Shown here piece after piece: positions 1 to 14,232 of a stretch of DNA of 64,000 bases (its first letter is position 1; every line of letters begins with the position of its first letter). Under the pieces are notes generated by a model. The model made no database searches and was not told where the DNA came from. It saw only the letters and a program-made list of their open reading frames with translations. The stretch comes from Mobula hypostoma (taxonomy: Eukaryota). A program made the translations under genes and the position numbers. The stretch spans positions 9,054,001-9,118,000 of the forward strand of contig NC_086101.1 of NCBI RefSeq assembly GCF_963921235.1, written 5' to 3'.

Positions 1-2
1 CT

Positions 3-16
3 CTGCCCCCTGCTGG
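3..16 (-). promoter_or_regulatory. CTCF-like core motif
   Basis: CTGCCCCCTGCTGG reads CCAGCAGGGGGCAG on the minus strand, a close match to the vertebrate CTCF core consensus. Motif match only. Confidence 0.6.
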
Positions 17-120
17 ACTCGCGAGTCTCACTGTTGTTATCAAACCAGCACATTGAAGCATCGTCAGACTGAGCCCGGACACACCGATCAGCATTGACCT
101 CGGTGAATGATGGGAGAAGA

Positions 121-177
121 TCATGTAACCAGCCTGGCAAATCTCCCTCATGTAACCAGCCTGGCAAATCTCCCTCA
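121..177. repeat. 27-bp perfect tandem duplication
   Basis: TCATGTAACCAGCCTGGCAAATCTCCC at 121-147 and 148-174, followed by TCA. Confidence 0.95.
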
Positions 178-240
178 CACACATGCACAAGCACGATTGA
201 TAGATTGTAGTCAGAGCCTCAGCATTACACATTGTCAGTT

Positions 241-269
241 ACACACACACACACACACACTCTCTATCG

Positions 270-300
<31 letters not shown>

Positions 301-373
301 ACTCTCTATCTCTCACACACACTCACACACATATATACACACACACACACTCTCTATCTCTCACACACACTCA

Positions 374-418
<45 letters not shown>
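241..418. repeat. Compound (CA)n/(CT)n microsatellite
   Basis: CA runs interrupted by repeated CTCTCTATCTCT blocks; explains the His-Thr ORFs. Confidence 0.97.
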
Positions 419-422
<4 letters not shown>

Positions 423-796
423 ACCCACCCAACAACAACAGTGATAAATACCCAGACACACCAGCAGACTGGGACACATCGTCAGAGACACAGACACAAA
501 TTTACATTTAAGAATGAAATCTGCCACCTTTATCCAATCTGCCTGTTTTTGTGGGACTGAACTGCCCTCTGAACTGACGTCACACCAACAGTTCACAGAC
601 AGACTCCAGGGTGAGATTCCTCAGGAGGATGATCTGGGAAGGGGTTTGGTAGATGTTGAACCCATGGCCCAACTCATCCATCCGGGCTAAGATGTCTTCT
701 TGAGTAAGCCCCATTTCTGTGTGTTTGTCCCATATCCCTCTAACCATTTCCTATCTGTGTACCTGTCTAAATTTATTTTAAAATATTTTAATTAAA

Positions 797-1640
797 CCAT
801 AGACCATAAGACTAAGATATAGGAGCAGAATTAGGCCATTTTGCCCATTGAGTGTGCTCTGCCATTTCATCGTAGCTGATCCAATTTTCCTCTCGGCCCA
901 GATCTCCTGCCATCTCCCCACATCCCTTCATGCCCTGACCAGTCAAGAATCTATCAACCTCTGCCTTAAATATACATAAAGACTTGACATCCACCTCAGC
1001 TTGTGGCAAAGAATTCCTCAGATTCACCACTCTCTGACTACAGAAATTCCTCCACATTTCCGTCCTAAAAGAATGCTTCCCCATTTTGAGACTGTGTCCT
1101 CTGGTCTTAGACTCTCCCACCACAGGAAACATCCTCTCCATATCCACTCTATCAAATCCTTTCAATGATAGATTTCAATGAGATCACCCCTCATTCTTCT
1201 GAATTCCAGTGAATACAGGCCCAGAGCCATCAAACGCCGCTCATATGACAAGCCATTCAACACTGGAATCATTTTCATAAATCTCGTTTGAACCCTGTCC
1301 AGTTTCAGCTCATCCTTTCTGAGATAAAGGGCCCAAACCTGCTCACAATACTCCAGGTGAGGCCTGACCAGTCCCTTATAAAGTTTCAACATTACATCCT
1401 TGCTTTTATGTTCTAGTCTTCTTGAAATGAATCCTAACATCAGATTTCCCTTCCTCACCACAGACTCAATCTGCAAATTAAAATTTACGGAATGCTGCAC
1501 AAGGTCTCCCAACTCACTTTGCCCCTCAGTTTTTTTATATTTTCTCTCCATTTAGAAAATAGTTATGACTTATGTTTTTTTCACCAAAGCGCACGACCAT
1601 ACACTTACCGACACTGTATTCCATCTGCCATTTCTTTGCC
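797..1640 (-). mobile_element. CR1 LINE, old minus-strand host, piece 1 (3' tail and ORF2 C-terminus)
   Basis: Minus ORFs with LYKGLVRPHLEYC and FRTEMWRNF; tail ACCATAGACCATAAGA is the reverse complement of the (TCTTATGG)n CR1 tail. Confidence 0.9.
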
Positions 1641-4600
1641 TGAAGAGAGATTTCCAGGAGTTAAGAAGGAAGCTGAGAAGCAGGACCTCCAGGGTAGTAA
1701 TCTCGGGATTGCTACCTGTGACACGTACTAGTGAGGGCAAGAATAGTAGGATCAGGCAGATGAATGTATGGCTAAGAGACTGGTGCAGAGGGCAGGGCTT
1801 CAGATTCTTGGATAATTGGGTCTCTTCTGGGGGAAGAATGACCTGTTCAAAAAGGACAGATTACACCTGAACCCGAAGGGGACCAATATCCTGGTGGGAA
1901 AGTTTAATGGAGCTGTTAGGGAGGGTTTAAACTAATTTGGCAGGGGGATGGGAACCGGAATGACAGAGCAGAGGAAGGGGAAATCTAAGATAGTGAGCAG
2001 GAAAGACAGGCAGGTGATGGGCAAATTTGTAGCCATTGGGATGAGTTGCAGTGCAATAAAGTTGCAGTGAAATCAAAGTGAAAAGTACCAAATACTGGTC
2101 TTAAGGTGTTATACTTAAATGCACGCAGCATAAGGAATAAGGTGGATGATCTTGTCGTACAGCTACAGATTGGCAAGTATGATATTGTGGCCATCACTGA
2201 GACATGGCTAAAGGATGCATGTCTCTGGGAGCTGAACGTCCAAGGATACACGGTGTATCGGAAGGACAGGAAGGTAGGCAGAGGGGAAGGCATAGCTTTA
2301 TTGGTAAGAAATTATATTAAATCATTAGAAAGAGGTGATATAGGATCGGAAGGTGCAGAATCTTTATGGGTTGAGCTGAGAAGTTGCAGGGGTAAGAGGA
2401 CCCTGATGGCAGTTATTTATAAGCCTCCAAACAGCTGCAGGGATGTGGACTACAAATTACAACAGGAAATAGAAAAGGCTTGTCAGAAGGGCAGTGTTGT
2501 GATAATTGTGGGGGTTTTAACCTGCGAGTGGATTTGGAAAATCAGGTCGGCACTGGATCTCAAGAGAGAGAATTTGTAGAATGTCTGCAAGATGGCTTTT
2601 TAGAACAGCTTGTTGTTGAGCCCACTAGGGGATCGGCTGTACTGGATTGAGTATTGTGTAATGAACCGGAGGTGATTAGAGAGATTGAGGTGAAGGAGCC
2701 CTTAGGAGGCAGTGATCATAACATAATTGAGTTCACTGTGAAATTTGAAGAAGAGAAGCCGAAATCTGATGTGTCGGTATTTCAGTGGAGTAAAGGAAAT
2801 TACAGTGGCATGAGAGAGGAACTGGCCAAAGTTGACTGGAAAGGGACACTGGCGGGAAAGACAGCAGAGCAGCAGTGGCTGGAGTTTATGCGAGAAGTGA
2901 GGAAGGTGCAAGACAGGTATATTCCAAAAAAGAATAAATTTTCGACTGGAATAGGAATGCAACTGTGGTTGACAAGAGAAGTCAAAGCCAAAGTTAAAGC
3001 AAAGGAGAGGGCATACAAGGAAGCAAAAATTAGTGGGAAGACAGAGGATTGGGAAGTTTTTAAAACCTTACAAAAGGAAACCAAGAAGGTCATTAAGAGA
3101 GAAAAGATTAGCTATGAAAGGAAGCTAGCAAATAATATCAAAGAGGATACTAAAAGCTTTTCCAAGTATATAAAGAGTAAAAGACAGGTGAGAGTAGATA
3201 TAGGACCGATAGAAAATGATGCTGGAGAAATTGTCATGGGAGATAAGGAGATGGCAGAGGAACTGAACGAGTATTTTGCATCAGTCTTCACTGAGGAAGA
3301 CATCAGCAGTATACCGGACACTCAAGGGTGGCAGGGAAGAGAAGTGTGCGCAGTCACAATTACGACAGAGAAAGTACTCAGGAAGCTGAATAGTCTAAAG
3401 GTAGATATATCTCCTGGACCAGATGGAATACACCCTCGTGTTCTGAAGGAAGTAGCTGTGGAGATTGCGGAGGCATTAGCGATAATCTTTCAAAAGTCGA
3501 TACATTCTGGCATGGTTCCGGAGGACTGGAAGATTGCAAATGTCACTCCACTATTTATGAAGGGGCAAGGAAGCAAAAAGGAAATTATAGACCTGTTAGC
3601 TTGACATTGGTGGTTGGGAAGTTGTTGGAGTCGATTGTCAAGGATGAGGTTACAGAGTACCTAGAGGCATATGACAAGATAGGCAGAACACAGCATGGAT
3701 TCCTTAAAGGAAAATCCTGCCTGACAAACCTATTATAATTTTTTGAGGAAATTACCGGTAGGCTAGACAAGGGAGATGCAGTGGATGTTGTATATTTGGA
3801 TTTTCCAAAGGCCTTTGACAAGGTGCCACACATGAGGCTACTTAACAAGATAAGAGCCCATGGAATTACAGGAAAGATACATACGTGGATAGAGTGTTGG
3901 CTGATTGGCAGGAAACAGAGAGTGGGAATAAAGGGATCCTATTCTGGCTGGCTGCCGGTTACCAGTGGTGTTCCACTGGGTCCGTGTTGGGGCCGCTTCT
4001 TTTTACATTGTACATCAACGATTTGGATTATGAAATAGATGGCTTTGTGGCTAAGTTTGCTGACGATACGAAGGTAGGTGGAGGGGCCGGTAGTGCTGAG
4101 GAAACGGAGAGTCTGCAGAGAGACTTGGATAGATTGGAAGAATGGGCAAAGACGTGGCAAATGAAGTACAATGTTGGAAAGTGTATGGTTATGCACTTTG
4201 GCAGAAAAAATAAATGGGCAGACTATTATTTAAATGGGGAAGGAATTCAAAGTTCGGAGATGCAACAGGACTTGGGAGTCCTCATACAAGATACCCTTAA
4301 GGTTATCCTCAAGGTTGAGTCGGTGGTGAAGAAGGCGAATGCAATGTTGGTATTCATTTCTAGAGGAATAGAGTATAGGAGCAGGGATGTGATGTTGAGG
4401 GTCTTTTAGGTGCTGGTGAGACCTCACTTGGAGTACTGTGGGCAATGTTGGACTCCTTATTTAAGAAAGGATGTCCTGACATTGGAGAGGGTACAGAGAA
4501 GATTCACTAGAATGATTCCGGGAATGAGAGGGTTAACATATGAGGAACATTTGTCCGCTCTTGGACTGTATTCCTTGGAGTTTAGAAGAATGAGGGGAGA

Positions 4601-4985
4601 CCTCATAGAAATATTTTGAATGTCGAAAGGCATGGACAAAGTGGATGTGGCAAAGTTGTTTCCCATGATGGGGGAGTCTAGTATGAGAGGGCATGACTTA
4701 AGGATTGAAGGGCGCCCATTCAGAACAGAAATGCGAAGAAATTTTTTTCGTCAGAGGGTGGTGAATCTATGGAATTTGTTGCCACGGTCAGCAGTGGAGG
4801 CCAAGTCATTGGGTGTATTTAAGGCAGAGATTGATTCGTATCTGAGTAGCCAGGGCATCAAAGGTTATGGTGAGAAGGCGGGGGAGTGGGACTAAATGGG
4901 AGAATGGATCAGCTCATGATAGAATGGCGGAGCAGCCTCCATGGGCCGAATGGCCGGCTTCTGCTCCTTTGTCTTATGGTCTTAT
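1641..4985 (+). mobile_element. 5'-truncated CR1 LINE (end of ORF1 esterase plus disrupted APE-RT ORF2)
   Basis: SRTSRVVISGLLP (ORF1), YLNARSIRNK and ITETWL (APE), YLDFPKAFDKVPH and FADDTK (RT); TCTTATGGTCTTAT tail; several stops/frameshifts. Near-identical sibling at 41089-44616. Confidence 0.95.
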
Positions 4986-5932
4986 TCTCCAAAATTATCT
5001 AAATCCTTCTGAAGCTTCTCTACCTCCTCAAAAGTACCTGCCCTTCCACCTATCTTCATATCGTCTGCAAACTCTTTAACAAAGCCATTAATTCTATCAT
5101 TCAAATAATTGACATACAATGTATAAAGAATCAGTCCCAACACAGACCACTAGACACTGGCAGCCAGGCAGAAAAGGTTCCATTTATTCCCACTCTTTGC
5201 CTCCTGCCAATCAGCCACTGCTTTGTCCATACTGGGATCTTTCCTGTAATACCGTGGGCTCGTAGCTTGTTAAGTAGCCTCATGTGTGGCACCTTGTCAA
5301 AGGCTTTCTGAAAATCCAAGTACACAACATCAATGATTCTTCTTTGTTTATCTGGCTTGTTATTTCTTCAAAGAATTCCAACAGATTTGTCAGGCAAGAT
5401 TTTTCCTTGAGGAAACCATGCTGACTACGGCCTATTTTATCCTGAGCCTCCAAGTACCCTGACAACTCCTCCTCAATAATTAACTTCAACATCTTCCCAG
5501 CCACTGAGGTCAGCCTAACTGGCCCAGAGTTTCCTTTATTCTGCCTCTCTCTTCTTGAACAGTGGAGAGACATTTAGAACTTTGCAGTCTTCCAGAACCA
5601 TTCAAGAATCTAGTGATTCTTGAAGGATCATTACTAATGCCTCCACGATCTCTTCAGCCACCTCTTTCAGAACTCTGGCATGTTCACCATCTAGTCCAGG
5701 TGGACATCTACCTTAATTTCTTTCAGTTTCCCAAGAACCTGTTCTCTGGTAATGCGAACTTCACGCACGGCATGCCATCTGACACCTGTAACTTCCACCA
5801 TCCTGCTCGTCTCTTCCACAGTGAAGACTGATGCAAAATACGTCTTCAGTTCATCCACCCCTTCATTGTCCCCCATTACTACCTCCCCAACATTGTTTTC
5901 CAGCAGTCTGATATCCACTCTTGCCTCCCTCT
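4986..5932 (-). mobile_element. CR1 LINE, old minus-strand host, piece 2 (RT)
   Basis: Minus ORFs YLDFQKAFDKVPH, SQHGFLKEKSCLTNLLEFFE and YFASVFT; continues piece 1 colinearly. Confidence 0.9.
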
Positions 5933-8900
5933 AATCCAGAAAATAGCGTCTCCCAGGTACTAATTTCTAGATTGCCCCCGATGCCACGTGCCAGTGAGGG
6001 TAGAAACAGGATGATTTGGCAGATAAATTTGTGGCTGTGAAGCTGGTGCAGGGGGCAGGGCTTCAGGTTCTTGGATCACTGGGATCTCTTCTGGGGGAGG
6101 TATGACCTGTTCAAAAGTGATGGGTTGCACCTGAACCGAGGGGAACCAATATTCTCACGGGCAGGTTTGTTAGAGCTGTTGGGGAGGGTTTAAACGAATG
6201 TGGTAGCGGGGTGGGAACCGGGGTGAGGGACTTAGGATAGGACGGATAGTGAAAAATAAAGATAGCGTGCAGTCAGACTGTCAGGAAGGGCAGGCATGTG
6301 ATGGGCCTCAGTTGCAGCCAACAGGCTGAGTATCAAATCATTAGGGATGCAGAATCAGAAAGGACAGCAAATACGGTACTCAAGATGATGTATCTAAATG
6401 CACGTAGTGTAAGAAGTAAAGTGGATGATCTTGTTGCACGATTACAAATTGCCAGGTAGGATTTTATAGCCATCACTGAATTGTGGCTGAAGGATGGTTG
6501 TATTTGGGAGCTGAATATCCAAGGTTACACATTATATCGGAGTGATAGGAAGGTAGGCAGAGGGGGTGGTGTGGCTCTACTGGTAAAGAATGGCATCAAG
6601 TCAGTAGAAGGAAGTGACATAGGATCGGAAGATGTTGAATACTTGTGGGTTGAGTTAAGAAACTGCAAGGATAAAAAGACGTTGATGGCAGTTATATACA
6701 GGCCTCCCAACAGACCAGGGAATTGGAACACAGATTACAACAGGAAATGGAACAGGCATGTCAAAAGGGCAATGTTATGGTAGTGATGGGAGATTTTAAC
6801 ATGCAGGTCGATTGGGAAAATCAGGTTGGTAATGGATCTCAAGAGAGTGAGTTTGTTGAATGCCTAAGAGATGGCATTTAAATCAGTTTGATCTACCAGG
6901 GGATCAGCTATACTGGACTGGCTGTTATGTAATGAACCGGAGGCGATTAGGGAATTGAAGGTAAAAGAACCCTTCGGAATCAGAGATCACAGTATGATTG
7001 AGTTCAACTTGTAACTGGATAGGGAGAAAGTAAAGGCTGATGTAGCAGTATTTCAGTGGAGTAAGGGAAATTACAGTGGTATGAGAGAGGAGTCGGCCAA
7101 AGTAAATTGGAAAGAGCTGCTGGCAGGGATGTCAGCAGAGCAGCAATGGTGTGTGTTTCTGGGAAAAATGAGGAAGGTGCAGGACATGAGTATTTCTTCA
7201 TTTCTTCCAAAAATGAAGAAATACTCAAATGGTAAAATAGTACAACCGTGGCTGACAAGGGAAGTCCAAGCTATTGTAAAAGCAAAAGAAAGAGCAGACA
7301 ACAAACAAAAAATTAGTGGGACGATAGCAGATTGGGAAGTTTTTAAAAACCTACAGAGAGCAACTAAAAAAATCATTGGAAGGGAAAAAAATGAAATATG
7401 AAAGCAAGCTAGCAAATAATATCAAAGTAGACGGTAAAAGTTTTTTCAAGTGTGTTAAAAATAACAGAGAAATGAGAGTGGATACAGGACCGCTAGAAAA
7501 TGAGGCAGGAGAAATAATAACAGGGGACAAGGAGACGGCTGATGAACAAAATGACTATTTTGCATCAGGCTGCACTGTGGAAGACACTGGCAGTGTGCCT
7601 GATGTTGTAGTGTGTGAAGGAAGAGAAGTTGGTGAAGTTACTGTTACAAGAGAGAAGGTGCTCAAAAAGCTGAAAGACCTAAAGGTTCATAAGTCACCCA
7701 GACCAGAGGAACTGCAGCCTAAGGTTTTGAAAGAGGTCGCATTAGAGATTGTGGTGGCATTAGAAATGACCTTTCAAAAATGATTGGACTCTGGCATGGT
7801 GTCAGAGGACTGGAAATTTGCAAATGTCACTCCACTCTTTAAGAAAGGAGGAAGGCAGCAGAAAGGAAATTATAGACCAATTAGCCTGACTTCAGTAGCT
7901 GGGAAGATGTTTGAGTCAATTGTTAAGGATAAGGTGATGGAGTACATGGTGACACAGGACGAGATAGTATAAAGTCAGCATGGTTTCCTTCAGGGAAAAT
8001 CCTGCCTGACGAACATGTTGGAATTCTTTGAGGAGATTACAAGTAGGATAGACAAAGGGGCTGCAGTGGATGTTGTGTATTTGGACATTCAGAAGGCCTT
8101 TGACAAGGTCCCACACAAAAGGCTGCTTACCGAGTTAGAGCCCATGTTATACAGGAAAGATACTGGCATGGTTACAGCATTGACTGATTGGAAGGAGGCA
8201 GCAAGAGGGAACCAAAGGATCATTTTCTGGTTGGCTGTCAGTGACTTGTGGTGTTCGGCAGGGGTCAGTGTTGGGACCACTTCTTTTTATGCTGTATATT
8301 AACGATTTAGATGATGGAATAGATGGGTTTTTTTCCAAGTTTGCAGATGATACAAAGATTGGTGGATGGGCAGGTCACTTTGAGGAAACAGGTGGGATGC
8401 AGAAGGACTTAGACACATTAAGAGTATGGGCAAGAAAGTGGCAAATGAAATACAATGTTGGAAAATGTATGGTCATGCACATTGGTAGTAGAAATAAATG
8501 TGCAGACTATTTTCTAAATGGGATCTGAGATCTAAATCTGAGATGCACAGGGACTTGGGAGTCCTTGTGTAGAACACCCTAAAGGTTAACTTGCAGGTTG
8601 AGTCGGTAGTGAGGAAGGCAAATGCTATGTTAGCATTCATTTCAAGAGGTCTAGAATACAAGAGCAGGGATGTGATACTGAGGCTTTAAAAGTCACTGGT
8701 GAGGCCTCACCTTGAATATTGTGAACAGTTTTGGGCACCTCATCTGAGGAAGATGTGCTGGCATTGGAGAGGTTCCAGAGGAGGTTCACAAGGATAATGC
8801 CAGGAATGAAAGGGTTATCATACAAGGATCGTTTTATGGCTCTGGGTCTGTACTCACTGAAATTCAGAAGGATGATGGGGGGCGGGGGGGGGAATCTCAT

Positions 8901-9282
8901 TGAAACCTTTCGAATCTTGAAAGGCATAGACAGAGTAGATGTGGAAAGGATGGTTCCCATGGTGGGAGAGTCCAGGACAAGAAGGCACAGCCTCAGGATA
9001 GAGGGGCGCCCTTTCAAAACAGAGATGAGGAGAAATTTCTTTAGCCAAAGGGTGGTGAGTTTGTTAAATTTGTTGCCACATGCAGCTGTGGAGGACAGGT
9101 CGTTGGGTGTATTTAAGGCAGAGGTTGATAAGTTCTTGAATGGACATGGTTTCAAAGGTTACGGGGAGAAGGCTGGAAACTGGGTTTGAGGAGGAAATAA
9201 AAAATCGGATCAGCCATGATTGAATGGCGGAGCAGAGTCGATGGGCAGATGGCCTAATTCTACTCCCATGTCTTATGGTCTT
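5933..9282 (+). mobile_element. 5'-truncated decayed CR1 LINE
   Basis: ORF1 end, APE (YRPPN) and RT (QGSVLGPLLF, FADDTK) fragments; ATGTCTTATGGTCTT tail. Confidence 0.93.
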
Positions 9283-9518
9283 TTAAATTTTATGTATCTG
9301 AAGAAACTTTTGTTGTCCTTTTTAATATTATTGGCTAACTTAGTTTTGTAATCCCTCTTTACCTTAATGACTTTTTTAGTTGCCTTTTGAAAGCTTCCCA
9401 ATCCTCTGACTTTCCACTACTCTTTGCTCTGTTTTATTCCCTCTCTTTGGCTTTTATGTTGGCTTTGACTTCTCTTGTTAGCCACATCCTGCCTTCAGAG
9501 TACTTATTCTGTGGGATG
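9283..9518 (-). mobile_element. CR1 LINE, old minus-strand host, piece 3
   Basis: Reverse complement of the CR1 linker (..KLANNIKKDNKSFFRYIK..); resumes where piece 2 stops. Confidence 0.8.
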
Positions 9519-12310
9519 TAGAAACAAAAAGACATAGAAAACCTACAGCAGAATACAGGCCCTTAGGCCCACAAAGCTGTGCCGAACATGTCCTTACCTG
9601 AGAATTTACCTAGGGTTACCCAAAGCCCTCTATTTTTCTAAGATTCATGTACCTATCCAGGAGGCTCTTAAACGACCCTATCGTATCTGCCTCCACCACT
9701 GTCACCAGCAGCCCATTCCACGCACTCACCACACTCTGTGTTTAAAAAAAACTTACTCTTGACATCTCCTCTGTACCTACTTCCAAGCAGCTTAAAACTG
9801 TGCCCTCTTATGTTAGCCATTTCAGCCCCGGGAAAAAGCCTCTGACTATCCACACGATCAATACCTCTCATCATCTTATGCACCTCTATCAGGTCACTTC
9901 TCATCGTCCGTCGCTCCAAGGAAAAAAGGCCGAGTTCACTCAACCTATTCTCATAAGGCATGCTTCCCAATCCAGGCAGCATCCTTGTGAATATCCTCGC
10001 CATCCTTTGCATGGTTTCCACATCCTTCCTGTAGTGAGGTGACCGGAATTGAGCACAGTACTCCAAGTGGGGTCTGACCAGGGTCCCATATTACTGCAAC
10101 ATTATCTCTCAGCTCCTAAACTCATTACCTCAATTGATGAAGGCCTATGCACTGCCTGCCTGCTTAACTACAGAGTCAACCTACGTAGCAGCTTTGAGTG
10201 TCCGATGGACTCCGACCCCAAGAACCCTCTGATCCTCCACACTGCCAAGAGTCCAAGTGTCATTAATACTATATTCTGCCATCATATTTGACCTGTCAGA
10301 ATGAACCACCTAACAGTTATCTGGGTTGAACTCCATCTGCCTCTTCTCAGCCCAGTTTTGCATCCTATCAATTTCCCGCTGTAACCTTTGACAGCCCTCC
10401 ACACTATCCACAACACCCCAACCTTTGTGTCATCAGCAAATTTACTAACCCATCCCTCCACTTCCTCCTGCAGGTCATTTATAAAAATCACGAACAGTAG
10501 GGGTCCCAAAACAGATCCCTGAGGCACACCACTGGTCCCCGACCTCCATGCATAATATGACCAGTCTACAACCACTCTTTGCCTTCTGTGGGTAAGCCAG
10601 TTCTGGATCCACAAAGCAATGTCCCCTTGGATCCCATGCCTCCTTACTTTCTCAAAAAGCCTTGCATGGGGTATCTTGTCAAATGCCTTGCTGAAATCCA
10701 TATACTTTTCTACCATCATCAATGTGTTTAGTCACATCCTCCAAAATTCAATCAGGCTTGTAAGGCACAACCTGCCTTTGACAAAGCCATGCTGACTATT
10801 CCTAATCATATTATGCCTCTCCAAATGTTCATAAATCCTGCCCCTCAGGATCTTCTCCTTCAACTTACCAACCACTGAAGTAAGACTCACTGGTCTATAA
10901 TTTCCTGGGCTATCCCGACTCGCTTTCTTGAATAAGATAACAACATCCGCAACCCTCCAATCCTCCAGAAACTCTCCAGAGGTTCAGCAATCTCCTTCCT
11001 CGCTTCCCACAGTAGCCTGGGGTACATCTCCTCTGGTCCCAGTGACTTATCCAACTTGATACTTTCCAAAAGCTCCAGCACGTCCTCTTTCTTAATATCT
11101 ACATGATCAAGCTTTTCAGACCGTTGTAAACCATCCCTACAAACGCCAAGATCCTTTTCCATGGTGAATACTGAAGCAAAGTATTCATTAAGTACCTCTG
11201 CTATCTCGTGTGGTTCCATACACACTTTTCCACTGTCACACTTGATTGATCCTATTCTCTCACATCTTATCCTCTTCACATATTTGTAGAATGCCCTGGG
11301 ATTTTCCTTCATCCTGTCCTAATCCTATTTGTTTCCCTGAGAACATCTGTTTCCAATTTATGCTTCCAAGTTCCTGCCTGATAGCCTCATATTTCCCCTT
11401 ACTCCAATTAAACGCTTTCCTAACTTGCCTGTTCCTATCCCTCTCCAATGCTATGGTAAAGGAGATAGAATTGTGATCACAGGAGCCCAATGATCCAAAA
11501 ATTTTATGCCCTGCCTCCTACATCAACTCCTTAGTCACATATTAAACTGTATAATCTTGCTTGTTCTGGCCTCACCAGCACGTGGCACGGAGACCAATCC
11601 TGAGATCACAACCCTGGAGGTCCTGCCCTTTAACTCAGCACCTAACGCCTTGAACTCCCTTTGCAGAACCTCGTCACTCATCCTACCCATGTCAGTGGTA
11701 CCAATATGGAGCACGACTTCTGGCTGTTCACCCTCACACTTAAGAATGCTGAGGACTCAATCCCACATATCCCAGACCCTGGCACCCGGGAGGCAACATC
11801 CCATCTGGGAATCTCGTTCTCACCCACAGAGCCTCCTGTCCTTTTCCCCAACTAACAAATCCCTGTCACCACAGCATCCCTCCTCTCCCCCTTCCCTTCT
11901 GAGTCACAGAGGCAGACTCAGTAGCCGGGACCTGACCACTGTGACTTTCCTCTGTTAGGTCATCTCCCCTGGACAGTATCCTGTTGTTGAGGGGATGTCC
12001 ATAGGGGTACTATACACTGGCTCCCTCAACCCTTTCCCCTTCCTGACTGTCACCCAGTTTCCGTGTCCTGCACCTTGTTGTAATTACCTCCCTGTACGTC
12101 CTGTCTCTCATCCCTTCAGCCTCCCGAATGATCCGGAGTTCACCCAGTTCCAGCTACAACTCCTTAACGTGGTTTGTCAGAAGCTGCAACTGGATGTACA
12201 TCTCATAGTTGTAGTCCTCCGGGACACTGGAGGTCTCCCTGCCTTCCCACATCCCACAAGAGGAGCATTTGTCTATCCTGCCTGGCATCTCTACTGTCCT
12301 GGCTGAGCAG
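9519..12310 (-). mobile_element. CR1 LINE of a second subfamily with internal deletions (ORF1 Zn-finger/esterase and ORF2 parts)
   Basis: Tail GAAACAAAAAGACATAGAAA; RT motifs MDFSKAFDKIPH and VPQGSVLGP; ORF1 CSSCGMWE. ORF1 is joined directly to mid-ORF2 near 11480; a 5'UTR may extend to ~12760. Confidence 0.88.
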
Positions 12311-12365
12311 ATACAAAGAAGAGAAGGAAAAAAGAAGAGCTTTTCTTTCCTTTGCTTTCTCTTAA

Positions 12366-12617
12366 CCAGGTGGTGAGTTTGAGCCCCAACCGAGGCAGTG
12401 TGTTGTGTCTTAATCACACAGTGCTCTGCAACGACACTGGTGCCAAGCTGTATGAGTCCTAATGCCCTTCCCTTGGACAACATCGGTGTGGTGGAGAGGG
12501 GAGACTTGCAGCATGGGCAACTGCCGGTCTTCCATACAACCTTGTCCAGGCCTGCGCCCTGGAGAGTGAAGACTTTCCAGGTGCAGATCCATGGTCTCGC
12601 AAGACTAACGGATGCCT
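12366..12617 (+). mobile_element. Probable SINE remnant
   Basis: B-box-like GAGTTTGAGCCC, core-like TGTTGTGTC, no ORF, ends CAAGACTAACGGATGCC before a T-rich run. Family not determined. Confidence 0.5.
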
Positions 12618-12789
12618 TTTATTTATTTTTTTCTCCCTGTTAAGCCTTGAAGAGCTGAAGCCTCAAGATCACCACTCTGACGATGTCCACTCAGACGATG
12701 GCTGCTGTGTTTGCCTGTCTTCCTTTAATTTGTTCTTATTCATCAATCCCAGATGCCGATTGGTCACTGGTTGCCCTGCACCTCCCTTA

Positions 12790-13750
12790 AAAAACTTCCC
12801 CCTCTCACGTTCCCTCTCTGTCCTCTGGTTTTGGACTCCCCCTTTATGGGAAAAAGACCATGAGCCTACACCTTACATCTGCCTCTTATGATTTTATATA
12901 CCTTGAAATGGGGTCACCCCTCAACATCCATCGCTCCAGGGAAATGTCCCCAGCTTATCCAGTATCTCCTTTTAACCCAAGCCCTCTGGCCATTGATACA
13001 GCCTCCTGAAGCTTCCTGACCAGTGTAATGATATCTTCCCATAGTCGGGGAACCAGAAATGTCCACAATACTCCAAGTATGGTCTATCATCAACATCAAA
13101 GGCCTTGGTGAAGTTCATGTGGACAATGTCTACCACCTTGTCCTGGTCAATCCTCTCTGTCACCTCTTCAACAAACTGGAGTTTGTGAGCCGTGATTTTC
13201 CATGCACAACGGCATGCTGACTGTCCCTGATCTGTCCTTGTCTTTCCAAATGCAGCAGGCAGGATGCAGGGAGGATGTTTCCCCTGTCTGAGGAGTCGAG
13301 GGTCAGGGGTCACTGTCTCAGGATGGGGTGGACCCTCAGAGGATGGTGTGACTGGAATTCTCTGCACCGGAGGCTGTGGGGTCTCAGTCATTCAGTTCAT
13401 TTAAAGTCACAGAGTCATCGTTGTACAGTATCGAAATGGGCCCTTCGGCCCGTCACCTCTGTTCTGACCTATTTATGTCAGTCTCCTTCTGTGTCCTGTC
13501 CATTAAAGTGTCTGGCTGAGTTTCTCGGAAACACAGTGATTGTATCTGATTCCATCACCTCCTCTGGCAGCAAGTTCCAAAATCAACCACTCACTGTTCC
13601 AGTAAACTCACCTTTAAACTCCTTCCTCCCTCCTCAGACCTGTGACCTCTTGTATTTGATCCCCCTCCTGTGGGAAGAAGATTTCAACAATCTGCTCAAT
13701 CTACACCCCTCGTAACCTTATACATTTCTGTCAGATCACCCATCGGCCCA
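12790..13750. mobile_element. Highly decayed CR1 fragments in both orientations
   Basis: VDIVHMNFTKAFD and RPYLEYCGHFW on minus; MFPLSEESRVRGH on plus. Confidence 0.7.
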
Positions 13751-14232
13751 TTCACCTGCATTTTGCCTGTATCCTGCTAAACCTTCCCTGTCATCATTTC
13801 TCAACTCCTCTTCTGTGCCAGTTCCACGGGACCCTCAATTCCCCCGTGTTACAGAAAATGATCGACCTCATTTTCTACCACATTACAGAAGCAAATGTGC
13901 TGCAGGTCCTAAAATGCAGAAAGGTCTATAAATCCCCAGGTCCTGATCGAGTGTATCCCAGGACATTGTGGGAAGCTCAGGAGGAAGGTGTGGAGCCCAT
14001 TTTGGAGATATGTGTGTCATCGATAGCTGTGGGTGAGGGGCCAGAAGACTGGAGGGAGACTAATGTTGAACATTTATTGAAGATCGGCTGTAGGGAAAAG
14101 CCAGGGAAGTACAGACCGGTGAGCCTAACGTCAGTGGAGGGTACATTAATGGAGGGAATTCTGAGAGACGGGATCTACATTCATTTGGAAAGGTGAGGAC
14201 TAATCAGGGATACCCAGCTTGGTTTTCTGCAT

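Noticed and set aside
107..596. His/Thr-rich and Cys/Val-rich ORFs
   Set aside because: Translations of the (CA)n microsatellite.
13822..13880. FHGTLNSPVLQKMIDLI as a TRIM pre-SPRY exon
   Set aside because: Similarity is weak, there is no good donor, and it runs directly into CR1 linker sequence like that at 54720-54790.
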